This document shows, one piece after another, positions 31,446-41,450 of a stretch of 64,000 nt of DNA. The position numbers were made by a program, and so were the translations under genes. Under the pieces are notes generated by a model, which was not told the origin of the DNA, made no database searches, and worked only from the letters and a program-made list of their open reading frames with translations. This DNA is from an uncultured Actinomycetes bacterium. Its GTDB lineage: Bacteria > Actinomycetota > UBA4738 > HRBIN12. The first letter of the stretch is position 1, and each line of letters starts with the position of its first letter. The stretch spans positions 192,194 through 256,193 of the forward strand of contig CAVZUW010000012.1 of assembly GCA_963778545.1 (NCBI GenBank). Reading direction: 5' to 3'.

Positions 31446-32250
31446 TCAGCGTCCGAGGAGCGCTCGGACGGGCAGCTCCTGGTGGTCGGGCATCCAGAAG
31501 TCGATCGCGGAGCCGCCGCCGCCGAGCAGCTGCGCTCGCACGGGCGTGATCTGCGACAGCAGGTCGGCCCGCACCTGGAGATCGTCCCGGGCCCGGACCC
31601 ACCGGAACGTGTACGCGTAGAACAGCGCCTTGCGCGTGGCGCGCGAGACGTTCGGGCTCCGCATGTGCCACACCCGCCGGTCGAACAGCACCGCGTCGCC
31701 CGCCCGCGCGAGCACGGGCATCGCGCCGGCCAGCTCGTTGTCGTCGTCGGGCGGCCGGTCGATCGCGTTCGCGAGGTGCGAGCCGGGGAGCACGACGAAG
31801 TTGCCCCTGCCCGGTTCGGAGAGGTCGGTGAGGAAGTAGGCGACCTTGACGGACAGCCGCGGCCGAGGCGACCCCTCGAGGTCCCGGTTGACGACGCCGC
31901 CGTCCTGATGCCACATCCACGGCCGCGCGAGGCTCCGGCGTCTCGGGTGGATGGACGTCCAGGTGGCAGTGGTACATGAAGACGTTCGGGCCCAGCGTCT
32001 CGACCACGAGCGGCAGCGTCCGGGGATGGTCCAGCAGCTCGAGGAACGCCGCGTCCCGGCCGCAGAACGCCAGCAGGTGCAGGGGGCCGCCCTGGGTCCC
32101 GCGTTCGGCGCGGTGGACGCGGTCCACGGCGGCCGTGAGCCGCTCGAGCTCGTCGGCCGAGAGCGCACCCTCGATCAGCACGAACCCGTCACGCTCGAAC
32201 GCCGCGCGCAGACGCGATCGCTCGTCGTCCCGAACGTCGTGGATCGTCAC
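31446..32250 (-). CDS. phytanoyl-CoA dioxygenase (PhyH) family Fe(II)/2-oxoglutarate oxygenase, frame break near 31935
   Basis: N-terminus FERDGFVLIEGALSADELERL. After removing one C it reads ...PELARPWMWHQDGG...LSVKVAYFLTDL...GNFVVLPGSH...GDAVLFDRRVWH (HxD...H facial triad). Confidence 0.8.
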
Positions 32251-32296
32251 GTGTCAGGAGACCGCGGCCGGGGGCGCGCGGTTCCCCGTGTTCGGG

Positions 32297-32806
32297 TCAG
32301 TCCGAGATCTCGACCCGCTCCAGCACGATGTCGGTGGCCGGCCGGTCCTGGCCCTTCGTCGGCGCCTGCGAGATCGCCTCGACGACGTCGTAGCCCTCGG
32401 TGACCTCGCCGAAGATCGTGTGCTTGCCGGTCAGCCAGTCGGTCGGGGCGACCGTCACGAAGAACTGGCAGCCGTTCGTGTTGGGTCCGGCGTTCGCCAT
32501 CGCGAGCAGCCCGGGACGGTCGAACCGCGGCCCGTCGGCGGGGACCTCGTCCTCGAACGTGTAGCCCGGACCGCCGGTTCCGGTCCCGGCCGGATCGCCT
32601 CCCTGGATCATGAAGTTGCCGATCACGCGGTGGAAGACCGTCCCGTCGTAGAGCGGATCGGTCGAGCTGCTGCCGTCGCGCGGATCGGTCCACTCCTTGG
32701 CGCCCTTCGCGAGCTCGACGAAGTTGGCGACGGTCGACGGCGCGTGCTCGGGCATCAACCGGACCGTGAACGAACCCATGGACGTGACGAACGTGGCGTC
32801 GGTCAT
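32297..32806 (-). CDS. ppiA: cytoplasmic cyclophilin-type peptidyl-prolyl isomerase
   Basis: FHRVIGNFMIQGGDPAGTGTGGPGYTFEDE...[19 protein letters not shown]...HTIFGEV. Frame is intact. Confidence 0.95.
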   Translation of the reverse strand: MTDATFVTSMGSFTVRLMPEHAPSTVANFVELAKGAKEWTDPRDGSSSTDPLYDGTVFHRVIGNFMIQGGDPAGTGTGGPGYTFEDEVPADGPRFDRPGLLAMANAGPNTNGCQFFVTVAPTDWLTGKHTIFGEVTEGYDVVEAISQAPTKGQDRPATDIVLERVEISD

Positions 32807-32843
32807 GCTGCGGGCCTCCCCCCAGGCGTACGGAGCGGGCAGT

Positions 32844-33944
32844 CTACCCGCCGATGCGGGACCGTCGGAGCCAGGGGAGCGCGGACGGCACGAAGTGGAC
32901 GTCGTCGTAGCGATCGGACGACCAAGGCGCGAGGGGCGCCATCGAGAGCTTCGCCAGTTGGACCAGAGCGCGGTCGTAGTTGACGCGCCAGCCGGCGAAG
33001 TCCCGCCAGCACTGGTCGCGGTCCCGTCGGACCGGGACGCCGGAGGCTTGCAACCGGTCGACCGCGGCGTCGAACTCCTCGCGCGTGATCGAGATCGGGT
33101 CGTCGGGCCGCGGGTCGTGGTCGACCGGGATGTTGAAGAACTCGGCGAGGTGCCGCAGGCACAGGTACCCCGACCGGATCATGAACTCGGGTTCGGGCTG
33201 GCGGGGCGTGTCGACCGTCGAGGCGAACAGGGACGCCCCGTCCAAGATCGCGCCGGCCGCGGTGATCCAGGACTGATCGGGGTGGGTGGAGCGGAAGAAC
33301 ACGAGCGCCGGGAACGAGCTGTGGCTCTCGTCCACGTCGGTGAACCAGTCCTCCCACTCGGCCCAGAGCGAGCGGAGGTTCTCCAGGCGTCCCACCGTCC
33401 AGGCGAGCTCGATCAGGTAGACGCCGGTCGGCGGCTGACCGGCGCGGACCTCGAGCTTGGCGACGCCCCGCTCGCGTCGCTGGAACGCGCCGTACAGGCT
33501 GGGGAGGTAGGTGATGAACAGGGCGAGGAGCACCAGGCCGAGCCCGGCGGCCGTGACCCCCAGGAAGACGCCGGCGTCGGTGGGCGGGTGCGCGAACCCC
33601 AACGTCAGCATCGACGACCCCGCGAGCGTGAAGGCCTCCGACGGGCTGACCTCGCCCAGCGCGAAGAACATCGCGGAGTAGCCGAGCAGCAGGAACGAGA
33701 ACCAGACCGCGAGCAGGATGAGCAGGGACACCGGGGCGTACAGCGCCATCACCCGGTCACGCATCGCGTAGTCGTGCCGCTCGCTCGCCCGCAGACGGAA
33801 CACGCGCCGGACGAGCACGAACACCGCTCGGGACAGGTGGGCCTGGAGCGCCCGGGGGACCAGGAAGGTCCGCACCATCGAGCGGATCATCAGCAGGACC
33901 AGGGCCAGACCCGCGGCGAACAGGAGCACCCGGAGGACGATCAC
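32844..33944 (-). CDS. integral membrane protein with a K-channel-like pore-loop segment and a large cytoplasmic C-terminal domain
   Basis: About 4 TM helices. The segment AFTLAGSSMLTLGFAHPPTDAGVFLGVTAAGLGLVLLALFITYL resembles a pore helix, filter and inner helix, with a degenerate filter (TLGFAH). Confidence 0.5.
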   Translation of the reverse strand: MIVLRVLLFAAGLALVLLMIRSMVRTFLVPRALQAHLSRAVFVLVRRVFRLRASERHDYAMRDRVMALYAPVSLLILLAVWFSFLLLGYSAMFFALGEVSPSEAFTLAGSSMLTLGFAHPPTDAGVFLGVTAAGLGLVLLALFITYLPSLYGAFQRRERGVAKLEVRAGQPPTGVYLIELAWTVGRLENLRSLWAEWEDWFTDVDESHSSFPALVFFRSTHPDQSWITAAGAILDGASLFASTVDTPRQPEPEFMIRSGYLCLRHLAEFFNIPVDHDPRPDDPISITREEFDAAVDRLQASGVPVRRDRDQCWRDFAGWRVNYDRALVQLAKLSMAPLAPWSSDRYDDVHFVPSALPWLRRSRIGG

Positions 33945-34021
33945 GTTCGGGCGAGCCTACCCCGCCGGGTCGGCCGCGGCAGCGCGGGCCGTGCTCGGCT
34001 CGGTCCCGATCAGGGCGTGGA

Positions 34022-34489
34022 TCAGGCCTCTTCGGCCGCGGCTCGGAAGCGTTCGAGCGTCGCGATCCAGCCCGCGGCGTACTCGCCCTTGAGCTCGGCG
34101 ACGTCGGGACCCAGCCGCTCCCAGCCTCGGTGCTCGAGCTCGACGAGGGTCCCGTCGCCGCTCGGCGTGAACCGGACCTCGACCTCGGTGGGGGGCCGGT
34201 CGGAGAACGTCGGGTGCCAGGCGAGCACGAAGCGCCGGGGTGGATCCCACTGCAGGACCTCGCCCCAGGGGAGGATCTGCCCGTTGCTCAGGTGCTCGAG
34301 CACCTGGCCGCCCACCCTGGCCTGGAACTCGACGCGCTCCACCTTGACGTCCTCGCCCTCGAAGTCGCTCGTGGCGCGCGAATGCGTCTGCACCGGCCAC
34401 CAGGACCCGATCTCCTCGGTGAAGATGCGGAACGACCGCTCGACATCGCGCCGGACGGTGACCGAGCGCGTGATCGGTTCGACGCTCAT
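34022..34489 (-). CDS. SRPBCC-superfamily protein (AHSA1/START-like)
   Basis: ITRSVTVRRDVERSFRIFTEEIGSWWP ... typical Aha1-like pattern. 4-nt overlap with the upstream ArsR gene. Confidence 0.85.
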   Translation of the reverse strand: MSVEPITRSVTVRRDVERSFRIFTEEIGSWWPVQTHSRATSDFEGEDVKVERVEFQARVGGQVLEHLSNGQILPWGEVLQWDPPRRFVLAWHPTFSDRPPTEVEVRFTPSGDGTLVELEHRGWERLGPDVAELKGEYAAGWIATLERFRAAAEEA

Positions 34490-34848
34490 CGTTGTGCTCC
34501 TCCCTTGTTCCCCTTGGCACGGTTCCCCTTTGCCTCGGATCCGCCGCCCTCCGCGGCGTCCTTGAAGGCCACCAGGGCCGTGTCCCAGAAGCCCTCGAGG
34601 TAGCGACGGAGCTCCTCCAGACCCCGGGGATCGACGCTGTACAGGCGGCGGGTCCCGTCCTTGCGGTCGCGCACCAGACCCGCCTCCTTCAGGACGTGGA
34701 GGTGCTGCGAGACGGCGGGCCGGCTCACGGGGAGCTCGGCGGCGATCGCTCCCACCGGGCGGGCCCCGCCCCGGATCAGCTCGAGCACGGCCCGGCGGGT
34801 GGGATCGCCCAGCGCGTCGAGCACCTTCGCGGTCGCTCGGTCATCCAT
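34486..34848 (-). CDS. ArsR/SmtB-family transcriptional regulator
   Basis: LDALGDPTRRAVLELI...VGAIAAELPVSRPAVSQHLHVLKEAGLV winged helix-turn-helix. Confidence 0.9.
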   Translation of the reverse strand: MDDRATAKVLDALGDPTRRAVLELIRGGARPVGAIAAELPVSRPAVSQHLHVLKEAGLVRDRKDGTRRLYSVDPRGLEELRRYLEGFWDTALVAFKDAAEGGGSEAKGNRAKGNKGGAQR

Positions 34849-34868
34849 GACTTACCGTAAGTTACGAC

Positions 34869-36939
34869 TTACCGCCAAGCGCCGTCAAGTCCGCCGGCGA
34901 CGGTCACCTGGTCCGCGAGCTCGGCGGGGTCGGTGACGGGGAGCTTGCACACGAAGCGCTCGCAGACGTACGCGGTGGGCTCGGCCATCACGTTGCGGCC
35001 GGTCGCGCAGGAGCGCCACCGCGGCGGCGGACGCGGCGTCGCCGGGCGACGCGACGGCGAGGACGTGGTTCGGGAGGAAGCGCCTCGCGGTGATCTCGGC
35101 GACGAGGGCGCGGGTCTGCTCCGAGGCGAGGTCGCCCACGATCGCCACCTCCTTGACCGGGGACAGGTAGGCCTCGAGCGCCCCGAGCGCGTGCCCGAAC
35201 CCGGACGGCGCCCCCGCCATCGCGTCGCGCACCAGCCGGAGGGCGTCGACGCCCGCCCGCTCGTACGCGGGCTCGCCCGTCAGGTGCGCGAGCCGCAGCA
35301 GGACCTCGGCCGCGGCGGAGTTGCCGCTCGGGACGGCGTTGTCCGACAGGTCCTTCGGCCTGACGACGAGCGCCTCCGCGTCGTCGCCCGTCTGGAAGAA
35401 GCCACCACGCTCCGGGTCGCGGAAGCGACGCACGAGCTCGTCCGCCAGGGACCTCGCGTGCTCGAACCACCGGAGCTCGAAGGTCGTCTCGTACAGGACC
35501 AGGCACGCATCCGCCATCGACGCGTGGTCGTCCGCGAACGCCGGCCGCCCCGAACGGCCGTCGCGCCACGAACGCAGGAGCCGCCCCGAACCGTCCCGCA
35601 GATGCTCGAGGACGAACTCGGCCGCCCGCACCGCCGCGTCGACGTAGGCGGCGTCGCCGAACGCCCGCCCGGCCTCGGCCAGCGCGGCGATCGCCATCCC
35701 GTTCCAGGCCGCGAGCACCTTGTCGTCGGTCGCGGGGTGGACCCGTCCCTCGCGGAGCTCGAACAGCCGCGATCTCGCCGCCTCGAGGTCGCGCGCGAGA
35801 TCGTCCGGCTCGAGCTCGAGCTCGGCGGCCACCGCGTCGAGCGGCAGGGGTCGCCACAGCACGTTGGTCCCCTCCCAGTTCCCGCCCGGGGTGGCGCCGA
35901 ACGCCGTCGCGACCGCCTCGCCGCCGACCTCGACGAGCTCGTCCCACGACCAGACGAAGAAACGCCCCTCGACGCCCTCGCTGTCGGCATCCTGGGACGA
36001 GAAGAACCCGCCCTGCGGATGCCGGAGCTCGCGGAGCAGGTAGTCGCAGGTCTGGGTGGCGACGGTGCGGTAGCGCTCGTTCCCCGTGACCTGCCACGCG
36101 TGCACGTACAGGCGGATCAGGAGCGCGTTGTCGTAGAGCATCTTCTCGAAGTGCGGGACGAGCCATCGCTCGTCGGTCGAGTAGCGATGGAACCCGCCGC
36201 CGAGCTGGTCGAACATCCCGCCGCCGGCCATCCGGTCGAGCGTCGTCGTGACGAGCTCGAGCGCGTCCGGCGTGCCCCGCAGGTGCATCCGCAGGCAGAA
36301 CTCCAGCGTCATCGGCTGCGGGAACTTCGGCGCCCGGCCGAACCCTCCCCAGCGCGGGTCGAACGCCGCGCGCAACCCGTCGAACGCGGCGCGCAGGACC
36401 TCCTCGGTGAGCGGCTCCGCCGATGCCCCCAGCCGCCCGGTCCGTTCGATCGCCTCGGTCACCTTCGCGCTCTGGGTCTCCGCCTCGGCCCGCCGGTGCT
36501 CCCAGACGTCCGCGATCGCCGCCAGGACCTTGCGGAACGACGGCAGGCCGTGGCGGTCCTCGTTCGGGAAGTAGGTGCCGGCGAAGAAGGGCCGACCGTC
36601 CGTCGTCAGGAACGCGGTCAGCGGCCAGCCCCCGCTCCCCGTCATCGCCTGGACGGCGTCCATGTAGATCGCGTCCAGGTCGGGGCGCTCCTCGCGGTCG
36701 ACCTTGATCGAGACGAAGCGCTCGTTCATCAGGGCCGCGGTCTCGGGGTCCTCGAACGACTCGCGCTCCATCACGTGGCACCAGTGGCAGGCCGCGTACC
36801 CGATCGACAGCAGGATCGGTTTGTCCTGCGTGCGGGCGCGCTCGAGCGCCTCCTCGCCCCAGGGGAACCAGTCCACGGGGTTCGAGGCGTGCTGGAGCAG
36901 GTACGGGCTCGTCTCGTGCTGGAGGCGGTTTCGAACCAC
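34869..36939 (-). CDS. thioredoxin-domain protein of the DUF255/YyaL family, frame break near 35008
   Basis: [22 protein letters not shown]...[20 protein letters not shown]. Alpha/alpha-toroid body. The canonical tail [24 protein letters not shown] is readable only in a shifted frame, ending at TAA 34869-34871. Confidence 0.9.
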
Positions 36940-37081
36940 GCAGGGAGTCTAGGGCGTGCCTGGGGTCGACCCGTCCCTCGCCGCCGGACCGACGCCGGAG
37001 CACGGAGGGGCCTGCGGCCAGGCACACGCAGGGATAGACCTTCGGACACTCAAATCCTGGGCCCGAACGGCCGATGGAGAG

Positions 37082-37759
37082 ATGAGGCAGATGGCACAGC
37101 CCGCGGATCTCACACGTGTCCTCGTGGTCGACGACCACGCGGTCTTCTCCGAAGCGCTCGAGCTGCTGCTCGGGCGCCAGCCGGACGTACGGCTGGTCGG
37201 CTCGGCCCGCGACGCGGACGAGGCGATGGGCATGCTCGGCGAAGCGCCCGACGTCGTGCTGATGGATCTCGACATGCCGGGGATCGACGGGATCGAGGCG
37301 ACGCGCAGGATCCGAGCGGTCGTGCCCGACGCCAAGGTCGTCCTGCTCACGGCCATCCAGACGCCCGAGGTGATCGCGGACGCCCTCGCGGCGGGCGCGT
37401 GCGGCTACGTGCCGAAGACGCGCGCCGTCGACGAGCTGATGGACGTCGTGCGCCGCGCCGCCGCCGGCGAGATCGTGATGCCCGAACGCGACCTCGCCGC
37501 CGTGCTGGAGCAGCTCCGCGGTCCGCGCGCACAGACGGGAGAGCAGGCGCTCGACCGGCTCACGCCGCGCGAGACCGAGATCCTCCGTGCCCTGGCCGCC
37601 GGCGAGACCGCGACCGAGATCGCCGAGGAGCTCGGCATCAGCGCGCTCACGGTCCAGAGCCACGTGAAGAGCATCCTGGCCAAGCTCGGGGTGCATTCGA
37701 AGATCGAGGCCGTCACGCTCGCGTGGCGGCACGGCATGGCGCCGAGCGTGACGGCCTGA
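37082..37759 (+). CDS. NarL/LuxR-family response regulator (canonical receiver)
   Basis: VLVVDDH, VVLMDLDMPGIDG, VVLLTA and YVPK. LuxR HTH: LTPRETEILRALAAGETATEIAEELGISALTVQSHVKSILAKLG. Confidence 0.9.
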   Translation: MRQMAQPADLTRVLVVDDHAVFSEALELLLGRQPDVRLVGSARDADEAMGMLGEAPDVVLMDLDMPGIDGIEATRRIRAVVPDAKVVLLTAIQTPEVIADALAAGACGYVPKTRAVDELMDVVRRAAAGEIVMPERDLAAVLEQLRGPRAQTGEQALDRLTPRETEILRALAAGETATEIAEELGISALTVQSHVKSILAKLGVHSKIEAVTLAWRHGMAPSVTA

Positions 37760-38490
37760 TGTCGACGGTCCTGTCGCCCGCGCCCGACCCGAAGCCGGCC
37801 CGTGGCGCGATCGCGCCTGCGCGGCCGACGGCGGTCACCCGCGTGCTCGTGGTCGAGGACCATCCCCTCCTGCGCACCGTCATCAAGGTCGCGTGCGAGC
37901 AGGCATCGTCGCTGGAGGTCGTCGCGGACATGGAGGACGCCGAATCCGCGCTCGAGGCGTGCCGACAGATGGCCCCCGACGTCGTCGTGCTGGACCTCTC
38001 GCTCGCGGGCGAGATGCAGGGGCTCGAGCTCGCTCGCGCGATCCGCGACGAGGGGCTGCCCATCCGGATCCTGGTCCTGACCGCGCGGACCGACGACGAG
38101 GCGGTGTTCCGGAGCGTGACGATCGGCGTCGACGGCTACCTCGAGAAGACCGCGGGCGTGCGCGTGATCGCCGAGGCGCTGGAGCGGGTCGCGCGCGGCG
38201 AACGGGTCTTCACGTCGGCGCAGATGCGCGGCGCGATCTCGGAGCTCGGGAAGCGGGCCAAGTACGCGCGCGAGTCGTCCGGCGCCAAGGCGAGCCTGTC
38301 CGGACGCGAGCTGGAGGTCCTGCAGCGCGCGGCCCTCGGGCTGACCGTCGGGCAGGTGGCCCGGCGTCTCGGCATCTCGCCTCGGACCGTCGAGACGCAC
38401 CTCACCAACGCCTATCGCAAGCTGGGAGCCCGCAACCGGGTCCAGGCGTTGTCCCGGGCCTCGGAGCTCGGTCTGGTCGAGCTCGCCTGA
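37759..38490 (+). CDS. NarL/LuxR-family response regulator (canonical receiver)
   Basis: ATG overlaps the upstream TGA (TGATG). VLVVEDH, VVVLDLSL, ILVLTA and YLEK. HTH: LSGRELEVLQRAALGLTVGQVARRLGISPRTVETHLTNAYRKLG. Confidence 0.9.
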   Translation: MSTVLSPAPDPKPARGAIAPARPTAVTRVLVVEDHPLLRTVIKVACEQASSLEVVADMEDAESALEACRQMAPDVVVLDLSLAGEMQGLELARAIRDEGLPIRILVLTARTDDEAVFRSVTIGVDGYLEKTAGVRVIAEALERVARGERVFTSAQMRGAISELGKRAKYARESSGAKASLSGRELEVLQRAALGLTVGQVARRLGISPRTVETHLTNAYRKLGARNRVQALSRASELGLVELA

Positions 38491-38566
38491 GCGACCGGAG
38501 GTTCAAGGGGTCGTGCGGGGAACCGATACACCTGGTGACCTGACCACCTCCCGACCGAGGGATGCG

Positions 38567-39271
38567 ATGGCGAGCCTCTCCACATCGAGGAAGCCCGAGC
38601 CCGGCGCGTTCCGAGAGCGCCGTGCCGTGATCGTGGTCGACCCGCTCCCGGTCGTTCGGGCGGGGCTGTCGATGCTGCTCGCGAGCCGGCCGGGGCTCGA
38701 GGTCGTCGCGGGGGTCGGGACGGCGGCCGACGCGCTCGCAGCGCTGGAAGGTGTCCCGACCGCCTGCGTCCTGGTCGGGCTCGGCCTCGAGGGGCCGAAC
38801 GACGCCTACTGGCTCACCGAGACGATCCGCGACCGCTACCCGAACGCGACCGTGATCGCGCTCGGTTCGCGCTCGGACACGATGACGATCTCCCGCGCGC
38901 TCCTGAGCGGCGCGGGCGCGTTCGTCGACAAGACCGTCGAACCCGACGAGTTCCTCGACTCCATGGACCTGGCGGTCGCCGGGGAGATGGTGCTGGCCGG
39001 CCCTCCGGGCGAGTGGGTCGGTGCGATCGCCGGGGCGCTCGACCAGGGGGATCGGCCCAACGGCCCGCTCACCTTCCGCGAGCGCCAGGTCCTCTCGGTC
39101 GCGTCGGAGGGGCTCACCTCCCGCGAGATCGCCGACCGTCTCGGCGTGCGCGAACGCACGGTGACGACCCACCTGAGCAGGATCTACGGCAAGCTCGGCG
39201 TCCGTTCCCGGGTCGCGGCGCTGCGTGCCGCTACCACGGCCGGTCTGATCTCCGGTCTCGATCCCGAGTGA
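38567..39271 (+). CDS. LuxR-family regulator with a degenerate (pseudo-)receiver domain
   Basis: HTH: LTFRERQVLSVASEGLTSREIADRLGVRERTVTTHLSRIYGKLG. Receiver-like fold, but the acidic pocket is VVDP and the phospho-acceptor position reads VLVGLGLEG (Gly instead of Asp). An alternative GTG start lies at 38513. Confidence 0.8.
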   Translation: MASLSTSRKPEPGAFRERRAVIVVDPLPVVRAGLSMLLASRPGLEVVAGVGTAADALAALEGVPTACVLVGLGLEGPNDAYWLTETIRDRYPNATVIALGSRSDTMTISRALLSGAGAFVDKTVEPDEFLDSMDLAVAGEMVLAGPPGEWVGAIAGALDQGDRPNGPLTFRERQVLSVASEGLTSREIADRLGVRERTVTTHLSRIYGKLGVRSRVAALRAATTAGLISGLDPE

Positions 39272-39272
39272 C

Positions 39273-40745
39273 TCAGCTCGACCTCGAGCGTCGGTACACC
39301 GCCCCGGTCTCGTCCTCGTAGACGCGAACCCACCTCGGGTCGTCCGCGATCGCGAGGAGCAGCGGCCCCTGCTGATCTCGAGCGAGGGCGACCACGTCGA
39401 ACCCGCGATCGTTCAGGATCGCCTGCCAGCCGGGAGCTCCCACCGACACCGCGTCGTACTCCCGCCACGCGCGCTCCGGGATCAGCTCGAAGCGCGAGTC
39501 GACGAAGACGGGGTGGTCCGGGAGCGCGAACTCGAACCACGACCCCCACTTCTGCGCGTTGAAGAAGGCCTCGCCGGGCTGCAGGACACCGACGAGCGCG
39601 CGCGTGATGCCCGGGGGCGCGTCGGTGAGCAGACCCTCGGGCGGGCTGGCGTCCCGGTACGGGATCCACCGGAGCAGGGGGACGAGCGCGACGACGCAGA
39701 AGACGCCGACGAGGACGGCGTTCAGGCTCCCTCGAGGATCTGCTCGCTCGGTCCGTTCGGAGGTGCCCGGGCCAACGCTCGCGACGAGGACGGGCGCGGC
39801 CAGGAACCACCACACGCCTCCACGGATCGACACGATCCCGATGGCGAAGAACAGACCCAGCCCCAGCAGGACGGGCCACCGCACCCGCGAGCGGTGGACG
39901 ACCGTGAACCAGACCACCGCGACGACCGAGGCGAGGAACAGGACCCCGGTCAGGGTGTCCGGGGTCGGCGGACGCCACTCGGCCACCGTGCTGCGGATCC
40001 GCTCGTCCGTGGCGACGGACACGACGTAGCCCCACACCCGGAACCCGAACGGGTTCAGCAGGGTGAGGGGGATCGTGGCGAGCCCGACCGCCAGGATCCG
40101 GGGCGCGGTCCGCCGACGGGCGTCCAGGTCCTGCGCCCAGGCGACCGCGAACAGGACCGGGGCCAAGAAGAAGCTCCCGTGCGTGTTCGCCCACAGGAAG
40201 GCGATCGGCAACGCCCACAGGACGCCGTTGGGATGCCGTTCCCTGCGCGAGAGCAGCCACTGCGTGAGCGCGAACCAGAGGATCCCGAACAGCTGCGGCC
40301 GGACGAGGAAGCCGCCCGCGAGCAGGATCCCTCCCGCGAGGGTGAGTCCGGCGGACCATCGGCGCGAGCCTCCGACGTTGCGGCACGACGCGTAGAGCAG
40401 CCCCGTGACGGTCGCCGTCACCGCCGCGCGGAGCGTGGCGAGCGCGAGCCACCCGCCGACGTCGAAGAGGCCTCCGAGGACGACCTGCGCGCCCCATTGC
40501 TGGTTCAGCCACGGCGCACCGAGCGCCGAGCTCGCGAACACGTCGTGGCGCAGGATGGCGCCGGCATCCACCATGAGTTCGCCGGCGCGGAGGTGGTACG
40601 CGAGGTCGACGGCCGCGAGCGGGATCGACGCGGCGATCGCCGTCGGCACCGCGATCGCGGCGACGATCCACACCGTCGTGAGCCTGGTGTCCGCGAACCT
40701 GCTCGCGAGCCGTCGGTCCGCGAGCGCGGCTGATCGATCGGCCAT
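39273..40745 (-). CDS. polytopic membrane protein, possibly a GT-C-type glycosyltransferase
   Basis: At least 10 predicted TM helices followed by a soluble C-terminal domain. The function call rests only on overall architecture. Confidence 0.5.
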   Translation of the reverse strand: MADRSAALADRRLASRFADTRLTTVWIVAAIAVPTAIAASIPLAAVDLAYHLRAGELMVDAGAILRHDVFASSALGAPWLNQQWGAQVVLGGLFDVGGWLALATLRAAVTATVTGLLYASCRNVGGSRRWSAGLTLAGGILLAGGFLVRPQLFGILWFALTQWLLSRRERHPNGVLWALPIAFLWANTHGSFFLAPVLFAVAWAQDLDARRRTAPRILAVGLATIPLTLLNPFGFRVWGYVVSVATDERIRSTVAEWRPPTPDTLTGVLFLASVVAVVWFTVVHRSRVRWPVLLGLGLFFAIGIVSIRGGVWWFLAAPVLVASVGPGTSERTERADPRGSLNAVLVGVFCVVALVPLLRWIPYRDASPPEGLLTDAPPGITRALVGVLQPGEAFFNAQKWGSWFEFALPDHPVFVDSRFELIPERAWREYDAVSVGAPGWQAILNDRGFDVVALARDQQGPLLLAIADDPRWVRVYEDETGAVYRRSRSS

Positions 40746-40926
40746 CGCTGCATCGTAGGAGAGTTCCGGCGCGCATCCGGGAGGCTCGGCGTCGCGTACG
40801 TCGAACTACGTAACGGCCATCCGTGGAACACGGAATAGTTCCGCGCGCGCTCGCACCGTACCGTGACACCAGTTCGAAAAACGGTACGTGGAACAGACGT
40901 AGCACCGCACGAAGAAGGAGGTGAAC

Positions 40927-41139
40927 ATGCTGCTCCTCGCTTACGCGAAGGCCAAGACCCTCGGGTGGAGCCTTCGCGAGCGGATCGCGGACGACTCCGG
41001 CGCTGTGTCGACGGAGTACGGCCTCCTTCTGGTGCTGATCGCCCTGGCGATCATCGCCGCCGCGACGGCCCTGGGTCTCGCGATCGCCGGCGTCTTCGAC
41101 CGCGGTTCGACCGCATTGAGCCCGGTGGCGCCGAGCTGA
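40927..41139 (+). CDS. flp: Flp-family type IVb pilin, copy 1
   Basis: Leader ending DDSG, then AVSTEYGLLLVLIALAIIAAATALGLAI (G/xxxxEY Flp motif plus hydrophobic helix). Strong RBS. Confidence 0.85.
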   Translation: MLLLAYAKAKTLGWSLRERIADDSGAVSTEYGLLLVLIALAIIAAATALGLAIAGVFDRGSTALSPVAPS

Positions 41140-41223
41140 CCTGCATCTCGACGGAGCGGCCATGTGGGCGCTCGAGGTGACGACATGAACCACGCATCAC
41201 CCAAGTGTGGGAAGGAGGTGAAC

Positions 41224-41436
41224 ATGTTTCTCCTCATGTACGCGAAGGCCAAGACCCTCGGCTGGAGCCTGCGCGAGCGGGTGACGGACGAGTCCGGAGC
41301 CGTGTCGACGGAGTACGGCCTCCTTCTGGTGCTGATCGCCCTGGCGATCATCGCCGCTGCGACGGCCCTGGGTCTCGCGATCGCGGGTGTCTTCAGCCGC
41401 GGTTCGACGGCACTGAACCCGGTGGCCCCGAGCTAA
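41224..41436 (+). CDS. flp: Flp-family type IVb pilin, copy 2
   Basis: Leader ending DESG, then AVSTEYGLLLVLIALAIIAAATALGLAI. Same RBS as copy 1. Confidence 0.85.
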   Translation: MFLLMYAKAKTLGWSLRERVTDESGAVSTEYGLLLVLIALAIIAAATALGLAIAGVFSRGSTALNPVAPS

Positions 41437-41450
41437 CCCGAACCATGCAC

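Larger units (their letters stand above)
40905..41436 (+). repeat. tandem duplication (297-bp period) of the flp pilin gene including its RBS
   Basis: GAAGGAGGTGAACATG plus the coding sequence recur at 40927 and 41224 at roughly 90% identity by eye. Confidence 0.9.

Noticed and set aside
14420-32300. Classical integrated genomic island at tRNA-Leu.
   Set aside because: There is no integrase, recombinase, transposase, phage or conjugation gene. No direct repeat of the tRNA end was found, and GC content does not visibly drop. It is treated only as an accessory region.
34933-38490. 1185-aa plus-strand ORF that looks like a giant protein.
   Set aside because: Only its last 243 codons (from ATG 37759) are a real gene, response regulator 2. 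The upstream part is antisense read-through of the DUF255 gene and an off-frame reading of response regulator 1.
40780-40926. TGGAAC…GTTCC and repeated TGGAACA elements upstream of flp1, considered as a sigma-54 (-24/-12) or ECF promoter.
   Set aside because: Neither matches TGGCAC-N5-TTGC. The GGAAC hexamers are not followed by CGT at 16-17 nt. No bEBP-type activator is nearby. Left as unassigned inverted and direct repeats.
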